64,000 bases of DNA, taken from NCBI RefSeq assembly GCF_002113885.1, contig NW_018404676.1:92948-156947 (forward strand), read 5' to 3'. The notes beneath the pieces are model-generated. The model ran no database searches. It was not told the origin of the DNA and saw nothing but the letters and a program-made list of their open reading frames with translations. Positions 1-14,300 of this stretch are shown one piece after another; within the stretch, counting starts at the first letter, position 1, and each line of letters opens with the position of its first letter. A program made the translations under genes and the position numbers. The stretch comes from Mizuhopecten yessoensis (lineage: Eukaryota).

Positions 1-291
1 CAACACTTAAATATGTTTTTATGGTACCATTTAAGTTAAATAAATGATGCCGTTTGTCGTGTATTGTAGTTGTTAAACCAGGAAAGACCTTCACACCGGG
101 AAGCTGGGTATGACAGTGTGTATGACTATATGTGATGTTTGTGGTATTTCCGTTAAAAAATGCTATACTTTTGGAAGCTGGCTATGTCAAATATAATGTT
201 CTGGATGTGTTACCTTTTACCTGCATGTATAAGAAGATCGCCTATGGTAACATACCTACATATGTATGACGTTTGTCGTTTCTGCATGTAG

Positions 292-1574
292 GTAAAACTC
301 ACTTGCTATACTCTTGGAAGCTGGGATGTGACAATGTGGTGGAGCCAGTCCAAACATCCGACTTTAACGTGGAGCAGGTCCGAGCCTCCAGTGGTCACTC
401 TTTTATGGTGTTTGACCTGAGCGGGTCCCCCAACTTCAGAGTCAAACGACGGCAGTTCTACCAGGGCACAGAAGGTACGTACTAATATAATTCTAGTTAA
501 CCTGTACTTGTGTTTTATATTTCGATACTCAAACTGATAGTTTCACACATAACCAATAACATAAACAGCAAACTGATTACAATATTATATTCAACAAATC
601 GGTTTTATGAATGAAATGTTTGCTACCTGCTTCTATAGGTATCGTTTTCGTGGTGGACAGCACGTGCTTGGATACCAAGGAGATGGACGACGCCAAACAG
701 GACCTTGTCAGCGTGCTGCACGACCGGGACCTCATACACACACCTCTTCTTGTCTTAGGCAACAAACAGGACCTGTCAGGTGGGTAATGATTTAATTCAT
801 TTGTTCAGGGTTTTGCTTCTTACCAGCTAAGGTGATGTGAAGATGGTGTTCAAAGATGATGGAACCACTCAAGGGCGTGAAAGAAGGTAAGGGGGAAAAC
901 GCAAATACAGAGATTCCAAGTTTTGAAATAAGGGCAGCATATCAGCAGGAGCGGGGCACACTAGTCGCATCCTGCAATAATCATATTAAGATTGATTTTA
1001 TTCTCCAAAAGACGACTCAATAGTATTGAAAAATGTCGAAACATGTAAACATGATATATATCTATTTAAAGTATCCACACCTGTCAAATGCACAGTTTTT
1101 ATACATTTATAAGCAAATAGTTTCTCTTATCAAATGGAAAACGTCAAGTTTATGCATTAAATAAATAAAAAGGTGTTGTTTTTTTACGTTACGGCAGTTC
1201 ATTATAAAGGTGGTTTTTTTTTAAGTTTACACTTAATAGTAGCAAATGCAGTAATTAATTTTGTTAAGAAAAATACATTTTTTTCTACTTTTAAAGGTGC
1301 TTTACCTCTGGATGAGCTTGAGACAGCTCTTGGGCTGAAGGCAGCCATGACGACCAAAAGACCATGGAAAACAATGGAGGTGTGCTCACTCAGTGAGGAG
1401 AGTGTACAGATGGCATTAGACGGTCTTGTACAGTTAATAGGGTCCTCCGATCTAGTCACAACACGGTCAAACATATCAACGGCTACCACAGAACTTGTTA
1501 CTCCCAGACCGGGAGTGACCACAACGAAACAAGACGTTGTTAAGATTGATGTACCCAAAGCATGGACGAAATAG
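292..1574 (+). CDS. ARF/ARL-family small GTPase, 3' part (5' exon(s) upstream of the window)
   Basis: Exons 292-474, 639-779 and 1297-1574 with GT-AG junctions in consistent phase. Protein GKTHLLYSWKLG..FNVEQV..FDLSGS..FYQGTEGIVFVVDS..PLLVLGNKQDL..RPW follows ARF-family G1 end, switch and NKQD motifs, then a Thr-rich C-terminal extension. Confidence 0.85.
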
Positions 1575-1727
1575 AATGTGGTTCCTAACATGTCAAGGAT
1601 ATACATTATGTCCACTTCATTTTAATTGAAACAAAATTGAACTTTTTAAGATGAGAGCTATGCATTTTGGAATTGTTAATTCTTCATCACTTAACCAGTA
1701 TAGCGGAACTGGACTGGGTCCATCATC

Positions 1728-1828
1728 GGCGACCAGGTAGCTCTTTTGGTAGAGCGTTAGTCAAGAGTTCGGAAGGTCCCGGGTTCGAACCCTGGTCTGG
1801 CCGTTGCATTCCTCTTTCTCCAGTTACG
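1728..1828 (+). mobile_element. tRNA-derived repeat (SINE head or degenerate tRNA-containing mini-LTR)
   Basis: Pol III box A-like TAGCTCTTTTGGTAG and box B GGGTTCGAACC, but imperfect stems, followed by a pyrimidine-rich tail ending CAGTTAC similar to the element at 7463-7619. Confidence 0.55.
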
Positions 1829-4800
1829 CAAGCAATACACGACTCCTTCCCGAGATAATCTGATGCCATAATAGTCTGAAGCCGAAAATTGAGTCATTCA
1901 GATAACTGTCCAACAATGAAAATTTTGAAATAGCTCAATTAAGATATTTTCTTAACTAACTAGATATAGTATTTAAGCTCTCCAGACCTCGTTATAGGTG
2001 CATCTATTTACAGTGACAACAGGTTTAGTCCTGCTATTAAGAGTGGCTGCGTTTTATCAATCAACCAAACAGAAATGCAATATACCAAGAGATTACATTG
2101 ATCATTAGTATACTTATAGCGTCGGCCATACTACAGTCTCATTGCAGTGTACCACATCATACTGATGTATCTCCCGCAATAGCTCGTGTGGCAACTGACG
2201 GGGAGGGTGCCAGGTGAGATATATTTACTCCACAACGCTTCATCGTCATCACAGACTACCAAGAGCAGACTACGATCATTAGTCTACCAAAAGAAATATT
2301 TGAGGTGGCTATAGGTTCGAACTCGGTCCATCTGACCGTTCATCACTTTGCCTATTTCATATCCTCTGCCACATATAGTTATGAGTACCTCATGAGTTGG
2401 CAGAGTGCCCCTTACTAAGATCGTGCCTCCTTTTCCATTACATACAGAGTTACGGTCCTTTGTTCACCGCGAATCATTAAATTGACGGGGACATATCTCA
2501 TGTACTCGTTCATCTCCATGGCCTAATTCTGTATGTCAATATCTCTTTGGATCGTGGGGTGCCACGCACTGCAAAATACACCAAATTATCAATCAATGCG
2601 ATTGATATTACTTTCCCGTTAAGCATTCACTGCATGTAAATTCAAGTTTTACGCGAACACATATTTGTCTATACGTAACATAAGTCATACAGATGAGTGA
2701 AACGCGACTGAAAGAATTATTACAGAAAGACAAGATCGCAAAATTAGGTGTCTTAAAACTGTACGTTGCCTACAGTACTCCAATAGCATACAGTACTCGA
2801 GTATCCTTCTGTACTCCAATGTCATACGGAAGTCGGCGTTGCCAGCAATATGAATGTGAGCCCATTGTGTCATTATAGTCTTTCAGTGCAGTTTAGTCCA
2901 TAGTCATACCCATCACTTGTTTCGATAGTCATTTATGATAGACAGATGAGTTGACACCAATTAATTAAGGAGATTTCAAAGAGTATGAGAATAGAAACGT
3001 TTGAATGATTTGTTGCAAAACCACATTTATAGATAATACCATTTAGAAACGTATGCATATATTCTGATGACATTTCATATTTATTTATTATTGTTTTCCC
3101 GTTTTTACAATTTGTTATGTACATTGATAGAAGTGTTGTAAGTATAAAACCATTCCATTGTCGTTCTGGTCCAGACGTAGAAAAAATAATGCTGTATCGC
3201 AAGTCGAACAATATACACGTTATGGAGTAGAATATAAGTGTATCGAAATAGCTATTTATATTATATGTAGAACCTCACGTGAAGATCAAGATTATCAACC
3301 AAGGTGAAAGGTCAGAGATGTGATGGAATAATGTACGAGTACGTTGTCGGTGTTACAGAGTTAAAATCTTGATCAAGCTATATCAAAACCATACATGTAT
3401 AACGTCTGTAGTAGCTTCATCCCTGCATCTGTTATAGTTTTATTACTTTCAAATTCGACATAGTGTTAATCGATCAGTCCTCTCTTATATATAGTATACG
3501 TATACTTGTGAGTAATGGTAAAGGACAGTTTACACTTAACTGTAACACAGATGTACAGTGTTAAGTATTTTACGTCTCTGACCTGAAGACTTGGATATTT
3601 CGAACAGCTCAGTCCTTTGCTAATATTGAGTTATAAAGTATCCATTGGCAGTTAGTCTTCGATCGTGATTCCTTCAGATTATGTGTATATGTATTTAAAG
3701 AATGCATTATCACTAAAACTCTGAAAAGTAGATATTTGTGTACGTGATCTCACAAACAGATATTAAATTCCGAAACGTGGTGATCCCATAGAACTAGGAC
3801 TACTAACGTTGATTGATATAATAATTATAATATAGTTGTTCCGTGTATACTATTTTAAGTTATGATATTAATAGATTGTGTCGGGACCCTCGTCTATATG
3901 TTATAGTAAAACTTTCATTTCGTAGAAGCTCTTGTGCGAGAAGTATAAAAAAAAAATCATTTAAAGAAAGTTTTTACTGAACTAGTCATGTTGCACGTGA
4001 TTTTACCTTCTGTAAAGACACATTCATCATAAAATCAGTTTAATGTTCACATGGAATTAGTTTGACGTTCATTCGTAATCATCTTTAATGCTCATGTAAA
4101 TTCATGTAATTTTGAATGAAGTAAAAGTGCTATAAGGTAACCTTGTTATTAGTATCATCCAGTAGTGATTTCTAGTGCAGCTTGCGTCCTATATTTTACA
4201 CGGCACCATGTTATTGATGAGCACACTTTATTGTTTTACCTCGTGTTTTTGTCTTATGTCAATACGAGTGCTACCATTAAAACCAAATAAACAGTTTACG
4301 TGTTTGTCATGACGATAGAGCAACTTCACATTACACCGGTTCTTGCTATGAGGACGTGACATCACTTGGATTTGACCTTGATTTACATGGCGGGTGTCGT
4401 CGTTGTAACAGAAGATGCTTACCCTTCCGGAACCATTGTGCGTTTTTTTCTGGGTTTCCATTTAAGTTTTATATAGAAGAGACTGTCAGTAAATGCATGC
4501 CTTTGTGGGGGAATGGTATCCTCTTGATTATATGCCTATGGTATAAGTATATAATTAGTCTCAGTGACACTTAATTAGTATTTTTAACAAACCTGATTAC
4601 CGGCATACACTCTATGAATACATGTTCTTTGGGAACAACAATAATATCACTAAAAACTGCATTTTAAAAAACACCCTGCCAGATCTACAAAACAATTAGT
4701 TACCTTGGGTCCCCATCCAGGTACCTGTGCAGTGTGGTGCATCACGTCAACAAATTATAAGAACAAGACTAGTAACCATTCACAGGCGAAATAACCCCTC

Positions 4801-7462
4801 AGAAGGCATCATGGTCCATATAGAGTTATGAAGGTTAGTAAAAACCCAAAGCGCTGATGTCCCAATATTATAACATGTAATATAATTTCACACAAAATTA
4901 TCTATAGTTTTGTATGACCTTGTCAAACTTTCAAAGTTAGAGAGGCCAATTGTATTAAAATCTTTACACGACTTACCACGAGGCACAAGATAATGATATT
5001 TCACCAGATGCATACAAAGATGAAGGGCTATGAAACTTGTTCAAATACATGACCTGAACCAACTTTAAAAGTCACATGTATAAAATAAATTAAATCTTCC
5101 AATAAGGTGTTCCAATCAGATTCCATACTGTGTGAAGTAACAATCGGCATATTTAACCTTCTTGCTATCATAATTGTTTAAATATATTTGACCTTGAACC
5201 ACTTTTAAAATAAATATTATTATAATTATTATTATGTGGGTTGTTTGTACCAACAGTTTTGAATAACAGGTGAGCAAGACAGGCCCAATGGAACTTTTGT
5301 TCAAACACATCACACAACAAACAGGAACATTGGACACATTTTATTGAACCAAGATTCATAAATATCATTCTACATTCATATTCAATCATACTATATTAAC
5401 AGATTCATGTACATTCCTGTGTGCACTAATGATGAACTCCTGGCATTAAGCTCTCGCACTCTAGATGATTCCTTTCAATCACTTGTATCCCAAGTAATTG
5501 CCTTTCACATCAATTAATAAATCTCACATCAGCAAAGAAATATTTTTGCTAATATGGTTAAACAAATGTTTGATATCACTATCTCCAAAGTCCAATGAAA
5601 TATTTATGGCATTATTGAGAAATACAGTCATCATAAAATGCACCATACTATGTAATTTTCCTCCTTACCATATGCAATAAACATGCTCAATAAAAACATA
5701 TTCTGCCTCTATAGATGTCATATAGACATGAACAAGTCATTGAAGTAAATCTATCCCAGTAGCACCTAATCTTATTTAAAATGGTAACAATCTACACACT
5801 GTTGCCAGCTGGACTTAAGCTCGTACCAACAAAATAAGCACCTGTTGAACACATTGTAGAGGTCAAATCTAGGCTGAAGTGCAAAGTGGTTAAAACAGAT
5901 TGATATGCCAAAAAAGGAACTACATTCTCATAGAGCTCATTATTTTCATTTGACTGAAATATATTTTAAAACGTTTCCTCTACAACACAAATGATATTTA
6001 GCCATGATTCCAATTTTTCCCATCCATATTTGAAGTTCTGTTGTAAGAATTTCATTAACAAGTGAACTACAATGCTCTTTCATCAGAGTCTTAAAAATAA
6101 GTCAAAGGTATTTAAGATATGTATCAAGACAGCTCTTGACTTTCATCAATAAAGTAACATTAATTCACACCCCAACACGCCTGCTTCATAGTGTCCCAAA
6201 ATACTGGGATTTCATAATGACATATATATAGCATTGATTCAAGTCCCAGCACACCTGCCTCCACAATGTCTAAAATACCTAGACCATTTAGTAACAGTTA
6301 TAACAATTATGTTCTTCACTGTTAATATGACTTACATAATTTACATTACAATGCACCACTGTGTATACAGTCATCTCCAAAGGCACCCAAATTCACATAA
6401 TGCAATATGCATGTATACAGAAACTTTCAAAATTCATACATAACATTTGTACACAGAACTCCAACACTTAAACTATCAGTACAATCATCGTTATGAATGG
6501 TAAAGTATCCACGTTACAGCTATACATGGACTTTTGTATATAAAAACAGTTATACAGGTACTGTAGCATACACATTACTGCAATATAGGCTTTTGTAAAA
6601 CGTAGACAAATTGTGCAGGGCAATCCACAGTTCCCCAACAGCTAACAGACAGCATTAAAATTCTCACGCTAGACAATAACTAGACCTTTTCACAGGTAGA
6701 GTAAAATTGCTGGCAGAAGTGAGATGATTGGGGTCAGAGGTAAAAATGTAGGTCACATTGATTTACTTCTGGTAAGTGGCATTATCCCGAGATGTATTGA
6801 TAACTTTGGTAACCCATGTAAAATAGTATGGGAGATACCCTCTGGACAATGAGTTGCAATTTCTACTTTTGTGATCTACTTTTGATATAGAACACTCTTT
6901 CATCCAAAGATGTTCCTGTGTACTAAATCTGTTAGATATTTCCGTGCATATGGTTTCAATGACTGGAATCAAAGGTCAAAATGCAGGTCACACTGACCTA
7001 TTTTTGGCATACAACCCTCATCATACCAAGATGTAACCGAGAGTCAAATTTGGTAACTGTGAGTGAATCAGTATAGAAGAAATCTCTGTTAAACTATTGA
7101 CACAGAATATGGAATGACACAATGCACACCTCCAGCAACAGTGGTGGGGCACTTCTAAGACAATTATACAAGTAACAGTACCTGTATCGATATCTTATTG
7201 TACAAAAGGTCATGTATTATAGCAGTTATGTGTATGATACCATATCACACTGTAATAGATCAGCACTTATAGTTAGTTAATCACTTTAAGATACCTTCAC
7301 ATTGACTCTTCACATGTACACTTAAAATAAAATCATATGTACGGCATATCTTTGCTTCCAAAACCAATTTTCGCTTCTTTTCTCAATAATTTCACAATCT
7401 AATATATCGTTACACAATTGTACTGAGCAAGATGTAAATGTTTGTTACCATTCAACAAGTAC

Positions 7463-7619
7463 TGTAATAGGATGAGGAATGGTGTTAAAGATAGGGCCGT
7501 CGCTGGGGCTCGAACCCGCGACCCTTGGCTCTCAAGCCTGATGCTCTACCGCTGAGCTAAAGGGAAATTCCCTACAGCTGACGCTTGTAAGGCAACCTAA
7601 TTAATCCACATCTTTTACA
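7463..7619 (-). mobile_element. Solo LTR-like element (TGTAA...TTACA, 4-bp GTAC target-site duplication) containing a tRNA-derived segment
   Basis: gtac|TGTAA at 7459-7467 and TTACA|gtac at 7615-7623. The minus strand reads TAGCTCAGCGGTAGAGC (box A) ... GGGTTCGAGCCC (box B) but has no proper acceptor stem. Confidence 0.7.
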
Positions 7620-8373
7620 GTACAATGAATAAGACTATTACAATTATATGCTTTATGTTTACCTCATGAACTGAATTCGTCACCTGTTGACCTGTATTTA
7701 AGCAGAGGGCACCTGGTTTGTGGTTCTCTACAGACGAATGGAAAAGTACCAGATGCTATAATTTTGTTTGAAACACAAAATTTACATCAAATTATAATAC
7801 TACATACAATAACAACCCATATGCCAAATTACAGTCTGTTTTGACCAGTAATAAACATTAAAACTTTTTTGTTTTGACTTGCATGGAAGTACTTATCATT
7901 ACAGAAATCTTGGTTAAATTTCAATAATGATAAAATTTGGCATAGATGTAGTCAGTAACAGGTAATATTGTGGTTTGATGCTCAAAATTTTATATTATTT
8001 TTTGTAAATTATGTGTTTCATACAAAATTTATAATCCATATTCCTCTATTCTGAAGTTCCCTACCAGGACCAGGTGACCTGTGTGTGACCTGTGTGTGAC
8101 TATTCTGTCTGTTGTTAGCAATATTTTCAGGACTTGTCAACATATATATGGTAAAGAAATACTCAAGTTACCTTTTGGTAACTATAAATCATCCGCATTA
8201 GGACTGGATGCAAAATGTTGTAGTGCATTTCATTTTATTGCACTTTTCAATAATTCTATACCCATTTTATGGATTTCATCCACATAATTTCCAACTATCC
8301 TTTGGTGAAAATTATCAGCAATGAGTCTCTTTGACTTGACAAAATAAAAATCCCGAACACACTATTGATCACA

Positions 8374-11300
8374 TCATCTCCGACCTGTGATTCTAACTAC
8401 TGGTAGTCCCGAGCTTGGTTGCAGTGGTACCATATTGTTTTGGACAGGCACAGGTGGTCTTTGAGACTGTCCCATCATAGTGTTTAGTGCCCCTGTATTT
8501 GGAGGCATAGTTTGAAAAGGTGGTGGAGCACTGACACCAGGCTGCTGAGGAGGAAATCCAGGTCGAGGTGGCGGTGGTGGAAAATTAGTCTGTCCCTGGA
8601 AGGGTGGCCCATTAAACTGCTGAGGTGGCGGGAAGCCTGGGGGGTACTGACCTACTTGTGGTGGAGGCTGGTTTGTGTGAAAGGCCTGCTGTGGAGGTGG
8701 AGCTCCAGGATTTGCAGGACCAGCAGGATACCCACCAGGGCCAGGGTACTGTGGCTGGACAGGTGGAGGCTGCTGATAGGCTGTGGGTGGGGCATATGTG
8801 TTTGGCTGGTAGGGGGCAGGGGGGTACTGTGCTGGGGGTGGGTACTGAGGAACTGCTGCAGGAGCTGAGGCAGCAGTTGTGGGGGGCTGAGTCTGTAAGT
8901 AAGATGATGTGGATACAAGTCCTGACCCACTTACTAGTGTCTCTATAGATTTACTACCCTCCTGTGACAGAAACGAGGATGGGTACTGTGATGATGAAGA
9001 TGCCATGTAAGCTCCATACTGTGTGTAGTCTGGTTTGCTCTGTACAGGGGGAGCTGAGCTGTAATTGGAGGCTGGGGCAGAGCGTGGTAAAGCAATCGAG
9101 GATGGGGCTTCCGGTACAGAGCCGTTTTTCTTGCTTGAATTTCGTCTTGAGCCAGAGTCTTTACTTTTCTGCCTTTCTGGTTGTAATTTGGGTACCTTAG
9201 CCTCAAGTGCTGCTTCAGCTGGAGTTGTCTGTAAACATGTATTATAAGCAATCAGTAACCTTTTAACTCTACCATATAGGATTGAAAGCAAAATGCACAA
9301 GGAGCCTCTACTGTTTATACATCTATGTATCATTTCACTATACAAGCAAAGACACTGTCAATTATTCTGATGGCAGAATACTTTAGTAATTTCATGAGTA
9401 GGACAGAAAAAATAGTTAACAATATCTCAGTAGCTATATTGGATATAGAATTGTTTACTTACTGGGAGACTGCGTTTTCCAACCTGTGGTGGCGGTGGAG
9501 GAGGGGTGTCCCTGGCTGTTGACTTTTTACTGGGAGTAACTGGAGGAGAGTCTGTACCAGTTCCCTGGGGATTGTTGGAATAAAGGTCAAGCACCTTGTG
9601 ACATATATCTGAAACATAAAAACATCACAAATCATGTTTTTTATATTACATACCTACCAAATCTTACTACTAATACAGCCAGTTTTCATGCCAAACAATA
9701 CCAGGTTCTGTAATTAAGCTTACAATTATAGAATTATCCTAATACGTATTGTCTAAACTTTATTTTGAGTATAACTTTTAAGCTAACATCCACTGATCGT
9801 TAAGGTTGGACAATTATAATACAATCAACAATACATTTGCAATATATGTCTATCAATATATATTACAAAATGTTTTTGAATCGCCAATATGCAACAATAA
9901 CATTTTTCAACAAACTTTTATTGGGATAGGTACCACGTAGTATGGAAACTTTTTACAGAAATAGTGTTGAAATTGAGTTAATGTAAGTAAACTAAGTTTG
10001 CTTGGTGTAATGACTTCCAGTATTATATATTCTTCAGTTATCTGTCTTTGATTGGAGGTCATGATCAGTAGGTGTAATCATTCAGAGTGTGGTAACTACA
10101 CAAGTGGATGTAAATTGTAAAAGTTGTCTGGACAAGACTCATTGAAAAGTCTTGATGATATCTCTACTTTGGAGCTGTATTATGCGTTAATGATCTAGAT
10201 TTTACCTTCTTCAACTTAATAGCTGTACTTTATTAGTCACTCTGATTATAATTTATCAATAATATAACCATTTATATATTTTCATTTCAAATTGAACATT
10301 ACCCCTATAAATACGAGTTTGATAAGCACATAAGTATTTTAAAATATTTATCATATGAAGTCATACTGTGTCATTAGTTGACAGAATATTTTCTGGACAG
10401 CTCAAATTAATAATTTATTGACTTTATTTCTTATCTATTTTGTATTTAAAGGTGAAATTGACAAAAGAGACTGTAAAAAAGCACCATCAACAGCCTAGTA
10501 CATTGAGAGAAATCAAATTAATGTGAAACAGAAATGATTTTAAAGAGTTAAAAACTGACCTTCCATAAGTTCAACAGTGATATCCTCCACCAGGAACTCC
10601 CACCACCTGGTCTTTGTTCCAGGTACCTTGCCGTGCCAGTCCTGAATATCAAACTTTGTGAGGCGAGTGCCTAGGTACATCAATGACACACTGATCACCT
10701 CTGGCTCCCATTGCAGGCACTGGGTTGTACACAGGCTAAAGGCAAACATTCCACATTAATATCTATAATGTCTGGGGGGGGGGGGGGGGGGGAGACATAA
10801 ATGTCCTAACAAGAATTGTTTAAGGACAGACGGAATGACAGACAGACAAAGGACCATGGACGCAGGGTGATTTGAATAGCCCACCATCTGGCTAAAAAGT
10901 CACGAAAAATTTACTTGAAGGTGAATGAGGAATTAGAGATATCCAAAGTAATGATAATGGTCAAATGTACAAGAATTACAGATTTCCAGTGGGACTCATC
11001 AACCTCTTGAAGAATCACTATATTTCTTTTATGAATTTTAAAATTTTGAAGATGTTTTTGACTAGCCTGAAAAAATCCCTGTAACGTAACTGTTGCACAT
11101 GACCACTACATGTGTTGAAGTATAAGAACACTGCCTATCTAAATACTGACTTACCTGTCATTGATAAAAGTCCAGGCCATCTGTACCAGTTTTTGTATCT
11201 TCTCTTTGTCACCTACAAGCATAAAGAAATTAGGTAAAGTGGCAAAATGTATGCTACTAAGTTACATGCAATAGCGGCAGCCAGAGATACTACCACTACG

Positions 11301-14300
11301 CTAAATAACAATAGCGTACACAGTCAACAAAACTCTGCAGTTGTATTTACTTCAACTCATCGACCAGCTAACACTGGCTCTACAGTGTTAGGATACACAG
11401 TATGATCCTATATTGACCTGATTACGGGGTGATGGGTGCACTGAACTCACAAGGACCAAATTTCTTCCCCCACAGAAAGCTGATGTCCTGTTAAAGTAGA
11501 GCCAATATTGGACAAATAATACCAATGTGACAATAACAGTGACAAAGACTTTATTCTCGCAAACTTGTGTACAGCCCTGTAGATGGTTTTGGTGATTGTG
11601 CAAGCTGTTGTTAACTTGTCTTTTAGTGTCGCATGCTTTACATTCTCCTGAATATGGCTGTTTAACATTGGATGTAAGTGACACTAATGTACAAAAATCA
11701 TTAAAACAAATATCAGTTATCCCAGAAGTATTTCAAATTCAATTTGTCAATGATTTAAAAAAAAAAAATAGCATATATATATTAATCAATACAATATTGA
11801 GGAATTCGCAAGAGCTGCCTTATCAGGTGCTAACTACTAGTCCTATGCCACCTGGCTAATATCTCCCTATGTGTGTATGCCTGTGTGTGTGCTGGAGATG
11901 TATTGTGTTATGTTTAACACTCAAAATGGACTTAAAACTATATACAATGAATTGGATAAAACAACTGTTACAATACATCTTAGCCTCCACTTCAATTTTG
12001 TTTTGTTATACTATGTGCTGATCAAAAGTGGTAATGGGAACTGTATATCTCGAAGTTAATGCAAGCAATAATTTATTTGCACTGTATTAAAACCATGTAG
12101 GCAACAGTTTAAAGGGGCTGGACGGGGAATAAATTACAAAATAAATGGGTCCAAATGCGTTCTCTGGCCTTCCAAAAGTTATACCACGGCAATATGATGG
12201 TTGAGTTCTGCTTGCAATGTCCAGTTTTGACCAGCAATACTATACGTAAATAATTGTTTTCAAAGGTCATGTATGATGCAAGTGCAGTATTCCTACCTAT
12301 ATGTTGTTGTTATATATAACGGTATTGATACCTCGTGCCTGTCATGACTTTTGCGTGCCTCTTTTTCTTTCAACACAATGTTTACATTTGGCCTTGTTGA
12401 TGACGCGCGTGGGGTAAAATTACATCACTGATATGGGTCAATTGAGAGTTTTAGACTGCCAGGTGACGATTTAGGATTTCTTTAATATAATTAGAATTTT
12501 TACTATTAGGGAGTGAGTTTCAGCTAAATTTGAATCGGTATATGCCATTTTAGCAAATATGACATTTTTTCGCCGACCAGCCCCTTTAAAAAGAATATGA
12601 AAAAAAAAGTTATTTGGAAAATACCATATCTCAAATTCCTGAACTAGGTGTTCAGTGTTCGACAGTAAAATGTACTAGCCAAAAGATATTCTTCATAATA
12701 CTGAAGCATTATATTAACGTGTTGTCACACAGAAACTTTCAGCTTAATTTTTTTTTTCCAATTTTAAACTGAAGGTTTCTGTGTACACATAACCCCCATA
12801 AAATGAATGGTAACTGACAGATGCTGTAGTGTGACCTCTTGTGTGTGACATCAATATCATGTGATAATGAAGAAGATGTCCCCAATAAGTTATGATATTC
12901 ATTGGTCATATGATTATCAACTGAACTTGGTTGGGTTTTAATATTATTGTTAGTGTGTATATGTGACACCAAGTATAACATGGTGGCTTTTCATCCGACT
13001 GTTGAGTGTTAACTATTGTGTACCTTTGATGAATTTGGCAAACTTTAGCAGGTATCCGTACGGATGTTCCACTTGTAGGTCAAATTTGATGGTTTGTAAC
13101 AGAATTCTTTCCATTGTCATCACTTCCTCCTACAAATACAAACAAAGGACCATATAGTATTTTACTTCATGTATCAATGAAGGTTTAATATTTCATTCAT
13201 TAAATGCACAATGTATATATATAGTCATTTACCAATTAGTTATACATTCAGTACATTTACAAGCACAAAACTATGTAGAGTACAATTCATAATTACTCAA
13301 ACAAAATAAATAATTTATATACAATGTGCACATTGTACTTACATATCTGCATGTGTGTTTACCAGTAATCTCAATCTTAATTTCAGGTAACTGACAAAGA
13401 CTGACCAGTACAGCATCCAACAGATAACATCTATTTCAAAAGAAAATTCTCACCCTTGGATCATCTCCAAATACACTGAACACCTGAGGTGACAACATAG
13501 ACTGACATATTTTGATGATGTCTTTGCCTTTCTTTGGGGTCTCCTCTACCTTCCCAGCCAAAAATAGACAGCATGCTGCTGTTATCTGTAAAACAAAATA
13601 CATAAATTTAAATTGTCATGAGATAAAGTGTTTTTTCAACTAATAGTTTCAGTAAACACAACAAGAGGCCTGCATTGCTCACATTGTCTGTTATCATCCT
13701 ATTTAAAATCACATTTCATACTGTAACCTAACCTGAATGCAAGTAATGGTCATAAACTTGGTTACAGTTAATAGTCTTTACCCCTGCAAATGACAGACTG
13801 AAAAGTATGAACCTACTAGTCCTACTGCCACTGATATCATTTGATCTATATATATTTTACATTGGACTCAAATGATTGTCACGTGAATGTAAGTCACACT
13901 CATGTATCTTTAAATTCAGCACAAGCGAACTTGAAAGTGATAAGGTCATTTATTAGAACAACTTGGTACTACAACCCTTCACCCCCGCAAGCTACATGCA
14001 ATATATCACAACCTGAGGCCTTATAGTTCTAAGAAGTTGTTTAAAGGAAAGTAAATGATGGATTGATCTAGAAGACAAGGTCATACCATGACATAAGCTT
14101 ATGCCAGGTAGACTTACCAAGCAATGACAAAAATGATTACGATGTCGTGTCATGACAACAAATGTTTCATTGTCATTTATTTTAATGACATTGTATTTGA
14201 CAGGAAACTATTCCAATTATTACCCAATTTCTAAATTTTGTCAATCTGCATATATTGCCAGTGGTAATAATTTCTTATTTAACTGTAAAAAGCCTTACAT

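Noticed and set aside
1728-1803. Functional tRNA gene here or at 7495-7565
   Set aside because: Box A/B are present but the acceptor and anticodon stems do not pair properly; these are repeat-derived.
8512-9247. Plus-strand ORFs overlapping the last CCNK exon
   Set aside because: Antisense shadows of a GC-rich, Pro-rich coding exon.
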